A stretch of DNA of 64,000 bases, taken from Phoronis australis. Its lineage: Eukaryota; Animalia; Phoronida. The position numbers were made by a program, and so were the translations under genes. Numbering within the stretch: position 1 is the first letter of the stretch; each line of letters opens with the position of its first letter. This document shows positions 1 through 11,200 of the stretch, in pieces. The stretch covers positions 39,873 through 103,872 of the forward strand of contig NMRA01000726.1 in NCBI GenBank assembly GCA_002633005.1, in the 5' to 3' direction. The notes under the pieces were generated by a model. It was not told the DNA's origin, did no database searches, and was given only the letters and a program-made list of their open reading frames with translations.

Positions 1-932
1 TGTGTGTGTGTGTGAAAGTATGCATGTTTCTCCTGAAATAAAATTTACACATGAACTAGTTGAAAATGGGGTACTTACTGCTTGTGTTAAGTTCTTTGGC
101 TATCTCGTCCAGCAATTTATCTTTCTTTTGCTGGTTATGGTAATGTGGATGGCACTTATCATAAAAGATCGAGTTTGCAGAGAAAAACTCAACCAGGCGT
201 TCCTCTGTTTTTGCCGCGAATAAGCAGTTGCCCTTGGAACCCTCTTCTTCATGTGGCTCCCTCTCCAATTCTCTATCAACATCCTCTTCTTTATCAGAAT
301 CTCTGGTCTCGCCATCTAATTCTTCCCTCCTCCTCTCTTCTTCTGCGGCACGTTTCTGTTGAGCCATAACCGTGGCCTTTTGAGCAGCAGATGAACCCTT
401 CCTCTTCGGCATTTTGCAGACGAAATGAACACATTCGTCCGTCGGTTCGTCTTTATATAGACCACAAAAATCAGCGAACACAACGCGCGTGGTACGTGCG
501 GAGCACGTACTTAGTCAGTACGGTGCACGTGCGTTAAGCGTTTTCGTTGCATAGTAGAATTTGGGAAGTGCGGGCTAAGTACCGGCCACGCGCGATTCAC
601 GTGCGCAGCACGCAAGTGCCAAGTGCGCCATCCACAGGCAAAGGGACCGTTGAGAAAGTTTTAAAGACTCACGGCGTCAGTGCGTTGTGGGGTCGTTGGC
701 TGTGCAGGGCACGCACGTCACACGTACTGCCGTGAATCTGTAATGCGAACGCAGCTTGCACGCAGAGAAAGTTCTGCATGCACTAAAAGTGCTACGTCGT
801 GTCTGCGTTCTCCTGCGTATTCACCAAAACGCACGGAGGCCGTACTTGCTACGTACGGATCGCCAAATTTCCCCCACGTTTTTACACGTAGACAGCACGC
901 ACTTGCACGTACGGCGGGTTGTGACCAAGGCT
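1..932 (-). mobile_element. Terminal part of a putative PIF/Harbinger DNA transposon
   Basis: MADF exon; CpG-rich subterminal region 480-930 full of CGTAC/GTGCAC motifs; ends ...GTGACCAAGGCT followed by TTA (933-935), a Harbinger-type target site; sequence becomes AT-rich soon after. Confidence 0.5.
79..412 (-). CDS. MADF (Myb/SANT-like) domain protein, first coding exon; probably the DNA-binding ORF of a PIF/Harbinger transposon; continues beyond window start
   Basis: ATG at 412 (MPKRKGSS...), acidic linker, then EERLVEFFSANSIFYDKCHPHYHNQQKKDKLLDEIAKELNTS typical of MADF; GTAAGT donor right after position 79. Confidence 0.65.
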
Positions 933-1740
933 TTAGTCACAATGTTACTGCTTTGCTTGACACTGCCGTAGGGCTGTACAAACAGTGTGTGCGGGAGTAA
1001 ATAAATTATGTGAAGTAAGAGATGAGCAAACATTCCAATTTAAAGTATGAATGTCGGGAATTTTTCAAATTTATGATTCAACTTATTATAATTGGTGTCA
1101 TGAAAAAGAATGTTTTCTTAGAATGTTCACATCTTGTTAATATTTTGTGAATTAGACTGAAAGGGTCAATTAGTGCTCGGAAGTGTTAAGCTTCTAATGA
1201 GTTGAATTTTTATTAGCTGGTTTATAAGTATAATTATAGGGGAGACACATTTTGCTGACATGAGGGCTGAAGTGTAGGTGATTAGAAGCTGTTGATACTT
1301 ACGACAGGATGACGAGGGTTTGATAGCTACTGACAGTGCAATTTGGATTTTTCTGACTTGCCTTTAAACTGTGTCTGTGTGCAATTTAAGTTCGGAATTA
1401 TACTTTGTAACAGCCATTCCCAGTTTTAAGTATTTTTTTCAGTCTGTAACGTAACAATCATTCGTATTTATAAATTGTAATGTTACAGTTTGTAACATGC
1501 CCTTCACAAATGATTAAATTATTACAGTAGTTTTTAGCGATCATGGTAGGCTTCTTATCAACATTTTCAACTCCCCAACTGCCTGTAGTGCACCACAATG
1601 GTCTGGTCATCATCATGCATTGTATTTCTATTTTATTGTCAATGAATATCATTAATAGCCTTTTATGTCCAGAGTATTCAGTTTCCCCAGACTGCCAGTA
1701 ACGTTGTATGGAGAACTTCAATGCAGTATTCTGGTCAGGG

Positions 1741-1930
1741 GAGCCAGTGTGGTCTAGTGGGAAAAGGGTCTTTCACACAATATCATGGGTTCGAGTCCCA
1801 CTGGAGCACACTACTGGACCCTTCAGTCGGGTTTTTAGTTGCTTAGCTCGGTGTTAACTAAATATGAAAATGGTTCCAGGTGATAGGGCAATGGGGCCAC
1901 ATGAGGAGCCTGTGTACCAAACCACCTGCT
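1741..1930 (+). mobile_element. tRNA-derived SINE, family A
   Basis: A-box TGGTCTAGTGG, B-box GGTTCGAGTCC, body ATGGTTCCAGGTGAT shared with the copy at 59400 and the minus-strand copies. Confidence 0.65.
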
Positions 1931-2267
1931 ATTAGTTTTTACGTGTTCTGTTGCCATGGTGTTCAGTTTGACACGGAGACTTTCATGTCTGGAAATAAGT
2001 AAAGTACAGGAAGTGTGCTTAGGTTTTTGAGAAAGCAAACAATGTGTGGCTCCATAGCTACTCGTCCTGAGGACCTACCAACTAGTCTACGCATTCAGCC
2101 AAATATCAGCAAAATTAACTCAATAGAAGTGCTTATTTTTTGTGTCATCTTTTTACAGAACCCTAGCTTTAGGTTATTGGAAATAGCCTTTGCTTTATAG
2201 TCAGAATTTTTAGTTTAGGAGACTTTCTTTTGCTTTGAATCCTTAATGTGCTTTAAGCTATTGAAGG

Positions 2268-2427
2268 CCAGCCTCCCGTTCAGTAACGCTAGGACCTCGC
2301 TCAAAAGCAAGACTTCGCGAGATTACGTGAGATATTGCCGTGCATTTTGAATGAAAACACGTGACTTTGACTAGGTTTTAGCTAGGTCCTAGCGTAGGTC
2401 CTAGCGTCTACTGAACGCATGCCAGTT
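2268..2427. mobile_element. Palindromic MITE-like element, copy 1
   Basis: Inverted ends CGTTCAGTAACGCTAGGACCT / AGGTCCTAGCGTCTACTGAACG; close second copy at 37566-37714. Confidence 0.65.
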
Positions 2428-3948
2428 GTTGCCATTGCTTGCCTGATTTGTCAGGATGTTGATGGAACATTTGTCACTCCCCATCAACACTGGCATGATA
2501 TAGGATGGAATTCTCAAATGGAAAAATTGTACCCGACGTTTAAACGGTTATAATTTACTCCGGCTGCAGAAACCTGCTTAAAATTCTATTCCGTGCACGT
2601 CACCTTCTGCTGCCACTGCCGTTTTCCGGTCGGCGGAGGGAGGTGGGCAAAATTAAAAAAGTACAGACTGTCATCATGTATAGCTGCCAGCAATGCTGTT
2701 GGGCACAGGCTGGGGCCTTGTACCAATATTTTCTTTGTGCACGCTACCCCATGCCGTGCCTTATAATATATCCCCCCATGGAGTACTTGCCATGCACACA
2801 GCATGCTTACTGTGGAAGTTGTCCGTGCACACACAGTGGCTCACTTTCCGCACATCTCGGCATGCTTGCATTAAATCACAAAGTAATGTGGTAAGGATTG
2901 GTACACAGCATGGGGGCAAGAGCTCTGTTAGAAAGTGTATTGCTTCGCTTCTTTATTACTGTAAATTTTTATATGCTGTGCAAATTATCCGTTTAGTGTG
3001 GTTATATCACTGTGACTTAGCAAAACTGGTGTGCATTGGATAGTTGTAGTATAATTATTCCTGGTGCTGTCAGTTGAGAATGATTCTTTGATTGTGATAG
3101 GAACTGTTGAAGGTGATCTCAATGTTGGCCACCAGAGGCAATCGAGTAGTAATTAACTTAGCTTTGACCTTGACCTTGACCTTAAAGACAGTATTGTGTG
3201 AGAATCTTGTCATGTTTGTGCTTTTATTGCCAATTGCATGCTATGACAGTAGTCATACACTTTTTTATTTGCCTCAGAGCGGGAAGGTAATCACTTCTCA
3301 AAAGTATTAACAGAGAAAGCAGCCATTTTTGATGTTACCTTGCACTTCGTCTATAGACTTGTACAATCCCTGTTGTCAAGACGCCTGTTCATCAGAGAAT
3401 TCAATCGAACATCCTACTGTGGGGAGTTCAGCAGACATCACATTAACGATGGCTTCACAGTCAAAATAAACTGATATCACGAGGCCTAAAATTTTTGAAG
3501 CAACAGAAGTAACTTGAAACAAAGAGGTAACAAAAAACACATCTGTAGTGTCTGCATTAGTTTTCATTGAGCAAACATGGAAGAACATCACAGACTGTGA
3601 GGACATTGTGTTTGATCAATGGAAATGAACGACGAACCAAGATGCTGACCTTTGCTGGGTCGTTCATTATCACTTTCTGTTGTTCATGAATAGCAAACAC
3701 ACGCCAGAGGAACTTTGATGAACACGGAAAAATGTCCGCTCAAGATAACCAGGGATCTGTACTTACACTAAAGGTAACGTCCACACTGGTTGTGTTCCCT
3801 TGAAAAGTTTATGGCACTCGAATGATTAAATGCAATTACTGTATTTATGAACCAGAATCTCTTGATTCTTACAATAAAGTCATTAATTGAATAGCAAATA
3901 CATTTTCTTGGCATTGCCAGAACATAACACTTTCATTTCGACTAGCAT

Positions 3949-3954
3949 TTTATT
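3949..3954 (-). terminator. Candidate NUP188 polyadenylation signal
   Basis: First minus-strand AATAAA I found downstream of the NUP188 stop. Confidence 0.4.
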
Positions 3955-4609
3955 TTTACCTTTTACAAATTAAATAAACATTGTCACATGATACAAAAAA
4001 TGTGAGCCCTTTCCGCCTATAATAAAACTGGAATGGGCCCATCTGTTTTGAGTAATATATACGAAAACGGGTATAAAGTAATAAAAAGACAACATTTCCC
4101 ACTGACCTAATAGTCAAGGGTACAACAGACCCTATGAGAATGGGCAGTTCTCAAAAGTTGGCCTTTCACTATAATTTTACTTCGACTTTTTGTTTGGCCT
4201 CACTTTTAATCACCAGTAATGGCTTTCCACACCCTTTTGGTTTAAGGGAAATTGAGTTTGCGTCAATGTTGGGAAGTTGTACATTTTGCCCCAATGTTGC
4301 AGTAGTGTAATGCTGACAGTTGGTCGGTCTGCAGACGTGCCTACACAGTAAGTCTATCTAAACATTCACAAGCTCAGCACGAATAAGTCTTACTCTACTA
4401 TAGTTGAGCTGTTAAAATTTGAGAACACTACAGTTTAAAAATTGACAAATGTCTTGCAGAAAAATTTAAATTTTACAGCAAACACTTTTGACAAATTCTC
4501 CAATCCTTTATAGTCAATGTCTTGCTGGTTTCTTTTGCATTTTATGTAAGTTCAGTGAACTAGTATGCAACTTCAAAGATTTCATCATTTCTTCGGTGTA
4601 CTTTGTTAG

Positions 4610-5055
4610 AAAGCGTGTCACATGTGGTACTGTAACAAGACTATAGAGGCAGTCACTTCCACAACACTTGTTTGACAAAGCTCAAATAATACATGGTATT
4701 TAATCAACAGGTCTACCAACAATGTCACTACCAAAGGACTTGTTTGACAAACCTCCAAACTTGACAATGTGGTATTGTACCAAGAAAATCATCCCAGTCA
4801 CTACCAGAGCACTTGCATCACAAAGCTCCCAACTTGACATGTGGTACTGCAACAACAAGATTACAAACCATGTCACTACCACAAGACCTCCTTCACAAAC
4901 CTCCCAACTTGACATGTGGTACTGCAACAACAAGATTACAAACCATGTCACTACCACAGGACCTGCTTCATAAAGCTCCCAACTTGACATGTGGTATGGT
5001 AACAACAGGACTATGACGGCAGTCACTATCGTAAGACCTGCTTGACAAAGTTATG
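4610..5055. repeat. ~75-bp tandem repeat, about 6 copies, overlapping the NUP188 stop codon and 3'UTR
   Basis: GTCACT anchors at 4652, 4724, 4797, 4872, 4947, 5022; shared core CTCCCAACTTGACATGTGGTACTG. Confidence 0.85.
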
Positions 5056-5229
5056 CACAAGTTTGAAGAAGGCCTGTTCCTGAGAGTTGGAGAATGATGT
5101 CTGGGATGTCGACCTTGACAGGGTCACGTGAGTTGTGGACGTCTGAGGGCTGGGTTGAGACGTGGAGGGTCCGGGTGAGGGTGGGCCTCCTTTGCGAAGG
5201 TATCGCAGGAGACTGTTGAGGAACTGGTT
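5026..5229 (-). CDS. NUP188: NUP188 exon 39, last coding exon
   Basis: NQFLNSLLRYLRKGGPPSP...FFKLVHNFVKQVLR then TAG. Confidence 0.9.
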   Translation of the reverse strand, partial: NQFLNSLLRYLRKGGPPSPGPSTSQPSPQTSTTHVTLSRSTSQTSFSNSQEQAFFKLVHNFVKQVLR

Positions 5230-8200
5230 CTAGAAGGAAAATTGAGAAATGGTGAAGAGGAATGACGCTAGTTTTCAAAAAACTTGAAGAATTTCAACAG
5301 TTTGCTTAACTTTGTCAAAATTATAGGAAACTCCCACTCAAAAATAAAGCAATATCCTTAGAAAGTTCGACAATTTTTGCTGACAAGAAATGCTAATTTT
5401 TTTTTCAAAACTTAAGTTTCATGAGAATAAGCAACTTCTGAAATATGATTTTCCAACGTTGACCAAAATTGAACACTTTTCTAAGGTGCTAAATGAGGCA
5501 TGGAACACAAAACTTGACTGTCAAAAATATTTTTGAAACAGTTCCTGATGAAAGTACCATCTCGCAAGGTCTAGTACTGAGTAATTCAGTTTCAATGTGA
5601 GGAAATTTCCAGAAAAAAAATCACAAAATTCAGATGCATTCATGCATCTACAGTCAGTTGCTTAAAGATGCTCGAGGTCAAAGGTCACATTTTCCATATG
5701 AGAGAAACGTACTACGTCGATGTCTTGCTGTATTGCTGTACCAAATAAGATGTGATTTGCCTTCTGGGAGAAAAATCGACGAAACGGGGAGCAGTTGATA
5801 AGTTGTTTTTTTTAAATTTGAAACTAAAAGAAAATGCTTTGATATCAACAAAAATTGAAAATCTTTACGAACAAACTCTACAAATACCTGGTGAGTAGGT
5901 TGTATTCTGTTTCTGTGGCAGGGAACCACTTTCAATATAATTGCAATTTAGTTTGTTTATCGCCTTCCAGGCCTCTTTAAAAGCAAAATGTATTTGAAAC
6001 AACGAAAGTTTCCATCAACAGGCGCCACCAGTAGACCAAAAGATAAACCAATCCCTGAGCCCAGTACTGACCAGCTCTGCTCCCAGCTCCCTCTTGAGGA
6101 GCTGTTTCTCTCTGCCCTGATAGGTTGGTTCCTTGATGTAGCGTACAGCCTGGCACATGGCCAGATGGAGGCACGTCTCCAGCGTGAATAACAACAAAGG
6201 CCTGAAACAGGGAGATGGAGAAAGCATTAGAACACAATACAGGTGTGGTCTGTGAGAAGGGCTCCCTTTGCAATGTTTTTACATACATTAGGGGTATAAG
6301 CATGGGTAGAGGTTTTTTAAAGAAGCAAAATTCCAACCGTGACAACAGAGCTAGTGAGCTGCAGAAAGAGAAGACAATTTTTCACAAATTTTCTTTTAAT
6401 TGTTGTTTATCATTACTTGTAAATGGGAACACGGAATTTATTGATTTATAAAATGCAAAAAATTAACTTTTATGTTCACTAAAATGGATTTTTTGGGGTT
6501 TTTAGATGGAGAAACAAAGTCTCTAAACACTAAAATCTCACCAATTTTGGACAAAAATTTGATTACTCCAAAATCTCATTTTTCTCATTGTTCAAAGACT
6601 TCTAACTCTATGGTGAATGCCAACAATTTTTCAAAATATCGTCTGCTGGCAGCTATCGTGCAGAACTTGAAAATGGCAAAGCATTTCAGTACAACACATT
6701 ATTTATGACAGAACGAGAAAACAAAAGTTAACCTCTCCGCCATATTGGGCCCTATACAGGTGAGATATTACCCCATATGGCATAACAGTCCAATAAAGCA
6801 GACTAGTTCAACTAGTCCACTCACGCGAGACAGGTGATCATCTCTCGTATTCCCAACACGGATATGTTTGTAATGTTTTAAAGACACTGCCTCATAAGCG
6901 CAGACATGCCACAATTTGACAACACGTCCAAGTAATTCTAAATATACACTAAGCACGAGGAAGACTGCATTACCTGTTCAAACTGTCTGCATCGGTGACT
7001 TTAGACCACTTCAGAGGTGACTGTGATGCAGTAGTCAACTATAAATAAGACATCCGGAGTCAATTTTGAAGCAAATGAATATTCAAGACATTCAGTTCAA
7101 ACCGTGAACACAGTGTGACATTGACGTTACCCAAGTACGTCCTCGATTAATTAGTGACCAGGAATTGTCTGAGCACCACAACTGGAGTTCATGTCATAAA
7201 ATTGTATGCTCAAGGCCACCTCGGGAAATGACTGGAAAATGAGGGAATATTGACGTACAATGTCATGGACTAATATGATCAAAAGATTTCTAGACATTAA
7301 CTATTCTTTTGGTTATAAATAGTAACAGCACGAGTCTTCATAAATAAGACTTGTTAGAATTCTTACATGCCACGTGTTGCTCATGTCACGTGAACTACAG
7401 CTAAGTCTGAAAAGATTTCTGTTCCGACCGGGACTCGACCCCTAGACTTTCTGCTGACTGTACAAGGGTCTAATTCACTCATATATCAGAACCAAGAGTC
7501 GACTACAGATTTAATACTTCCCCACAGCTCAGTGGATAAGAGCGTCTGCACAGAAAGGGTTCAAGCCCAAGTCGCCACACAGGTCTTTTCAGACTTAGAT
7601 TATGACGCACGAACATGAAGGCTAATGATTCTTAAAAACATTGACTGTTCAATTACAGCAGCGCAATTATGAAAGTGGGTCCTTGTTCTATAATTATAGA
7701 AGTCTTGAGGGCATGAACACTGTCTTGTTTTTTGGTTGTAAGACATACTAGATATCAGGGAAAAGTATCAACATGTGACCACCAGATGGCAGTGCAAGGA
7801 CTCTGAAAGTAATGAAACTGTGTCACTGTCGCATAAATGCATTCAAATTGGAACTCTTCCAAATGTGTTTAACACAAACTATACAATATGCTGTAGCGCC
7901 TCACCTTGGCCATGTGTTTCAGACAAAGGTTGGCACATGACAGGACGGTGCCAAATGAGGGTAGACCCTCTGTGTCCAGCGCGGGCGTGCTGAAGTTGAT
8001 CTCCAATAGAAGGTCATACTCTGAGATGTCCATACTCTAAAACACAGCAACAATTGACAGTCAAGATACTTACAGAACAACGGATAGAAATGATAGACCT
8101 GTACACAATCCAATGAAAGGTGAAAACGCAGCCGAAAATAACTGCTAATGTTAACTTTAAAAAGTTACTGTCTTGTTGGTGTAAGCTGTGAACGTAAAAG

Positions 8201-11200
8201 CAAGCAAAGTAATGAAGTAAGTTTCAAAAAGGTTTTTTGTTGAGAAATTTGACAAGGGAAGTGAAATTTCACTTGCTTGGAAAGATATTGCACCCTAAAC
8301 TAAAGAGCCTTTGCCCTAATACTCCTGGAAGTGGTCATAGATCAGTCTGTGGAAGCAAATCAGTACAGTCATGAAACTATGACATTAGACTTGACTAGCT
8401 TGACCAGAACTTCCAAAACTGATCATATCAATGACAGGTGATCTCTAATCTGTGCTTCATGGTGAAAACCTGCCAGCATGGCAAAGACAATTTTTCAGAC
8501 CTTTTTCACAACTTTCAAGACTTGGTGAGGCCAACCGTGCCCAAATTGATCTCTTTTGTGTTAATTACAGAAAAAAACAACAGGTGATCTCTGATTTGCG
8601 CTTGATGGTAAAAACCCATTACAATTTTCAGACCCAGAGTTACATAATTTCAAAATTTTCATGCTTTGACCATTCCTAGAAAGACAACATGCAATCATTA
8701 TTTCTGAAAGGAAGTGCCTCTTAAAATGCTGAAGTTACAGATGTACAACAGAAATTTCACATTATTTAACCATCAAGATCCTACCTGATCCAAAAGTATT
8801 CCACACAGGTCAGGTGAGAACCGTCTCAGTGTGGTCAGGCAGAGGGCAGTGATGGTCAGCAGGCGGTGTTGTGCAGCCAACAAGTGCTCTGATGGCTGGT
8901 CAATACTGTCTGTGGAGACCTGGTTCTGCAAGCTTCGGCTGACTGCACGTACTAGAGCGACCGGCTGTTGGGACTGGCTGGGGTCACCCCTGCTGTGGCG
9001 CTGAAAGGTCAGGGCGAGGTCAGACTGAGGTCAACAAAGGTGGGAGGTAAGACATATGCCAAGGAAAATGGGATGCTACCATGCAAACAAGCGAATATTA
9101 TCAAAAGTTATAGCGAAAATTACATCACAAGAAAACTAATAAAAATTATTAAGTATTTAGCTGTAAAATTTTGATCAAATGAGCAGGCCAAGAAGGCTGT
9201 AACGCAAATGACTCAAGACTCTGACCAAGGTATTCTTACCACATACAGAGCTGGCTATGAACAGTCACGCTAATGCAATGAAAAATTGTGCACATTCACC
9301 ACTGCCAGCCTACCTCTAAAATGTGATCCAGTAACCTCGGTCGTATCAGGGTAGCTACAGATGTCTGCAGTAGTTGACTGACACTGAGCTAGAATAGAGG
9401 AGACGTAGACTGAAGACGTGTTACAACACATGAGCTTCTAATCAATTTAGACTAAACTGAATACAAGTTGCAATGTAGAAATAGATAAAGTTAGGCTAAA
9501 GATGTGTTACAACACATAAGCTTTTAATCAAGTTAGACTAAACTGAATATACGTTGCAATGGACATAGATAAAGTTAGACTAAAGACGTGTTACAACACA
9601 TGAGCTTCTAATCAATTTAGACTAAAGTGAATGTAAGTTGCAATGTTCATGTAGATAAAGTTAGACTAAACATGCGTTACACTTGGATAGCATTACGTTA
9701 ACTTACACTTAAGATGTGTTACAATGCATGAACTTCTAATTAAATTAATTTTAAGACAAATTGCAATGTACAAGTAGATAAAGTTAGACTAAAGACACAT
9801 TACAAGACACTTGGATGGAGCTAACCTGCTAGACAAAAGGCAATAATGGGTTGTGATCAAAGGTGACAAAGAAAAGACAGCGTTAAACAACCAAAACAAG
9901 GTAACACTCGACGTATGAAAATGATGGTGGTTCCCTGCTAGTAGAACGCAGCATATCCTCCAAGCCAAGAACTAAGAGGAATGAAGTAGAAAGTTAGCAA
10001 AGATGGCAAAGTCATCCTGTAATTAGAGTTTTGCCATCCCAATAATCATTCATTTTTAATTAACCCTCATGATGAGGAAAGAGTATTTTGTCCGATTTGA
10101 TTATCTTTTCATGTACTTGTCTATAAAATTTATCCTCCCTTGACCTACCATGAGGTGACTGAGCACATCTGGTAGGTGCAATCTCCATTCTCGCCTGTAA
10201 TTGGACAGTTCCACAATGAAGGCGCACGTCTGCTCCGTTTCCAACATGGCCGAGTAGGACAACACACTCTTCACTTGTTCAAGGCACTAGGGAAGAAAAG
10301 CAGAACAGTATTGAAAATCAAAACCGTGTCAAAAACCATCGGGAATCAGAGTTTTGTGGACTTGAGTGCAAACAATCAAAAGTTTTTATACACCATAAGA
10401 AATGTGATGCACCCGATTAGATTTACAACCGCGTATTTCAACAACAATTATATACAATTTTTTTTAAATCTGAAAACTGCGAGGACACCAGCAGATTGAT
10501 CAAGGAAATATCTCTGTATGAGTGTGAAGAAATATGGAAACATGGGCTTAGAACTACGACTTTTGTGTCACACGGAGGTATGCCAACAACTTGGGAACCA
10601 ATCTCTTCATAAACATTATTTTGACTTAATTACGATGACAGATAACAAAACATTCTCACTGAAATTGACTAAATTCCCACCGATTAGTTCTGAGATCCTA
10701 AAAACGTTGACAGCGAACTGTCTGCCATCTTTAATACTTGAAATCTTATCTGTATACATTTATACTATTAGGAATGCGCAGGCCACTTAGACAGGTCCAT
10801 TGGATGTAACACCAGAAACCATTTTCAATTATTAATCAACACCAAATATACACAAATCAAAACTGAGCTGTTTAGCTGGAGACCTGACTTAATGGTCAAG
10901 TAGTGGGGTCCAGTGGGATTTGAACCTACAGCCTTGTGAAAAGAAGGCAGACACTCAACCCACTAGGTGGCACTGCCTCCACTTCCTGTCACAAGACTCA
11001 TCTTTCCTTAACTGACCAATATCTCAAAAGACAACTACCATCAACATGCGCTCCTGGTGTACGCCCACAAAGTTAAGCGCGTCCTCCAGGAAGTTGTAGC
11101 GAAGCGTGGCCAACATTGACGTGTATAGCTGGATGGCACTGCGGTACACAGACGGCCACGTCTGATTGGATGAGAACAGAGAAGCAGACGAACTGGAACT

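Noticed and set aside
1741-1810. Functional tRNA gene
   Set aside because: A and B boxes present but the anticodon arm does not pair, and it continues into a SINE body found in four other copies
2586-3043. Cys-rich short ORFs
   Set aside because: Overlapping ORFs on both strands with no recognisable domain or convincing splice sites
4700-5026. Repetitive ORFs on both strands (MWYCNNK.. / YHMSSWE..)
   Set aside because: By-products of the 75-bp tandem repeat in the NUP188 3'UTR
10068-10115. C/D-box snoRNA candidate (ATGATGA)
   Set aside because: Antisense to the host intron and lacks a convincing D box with terminal stem
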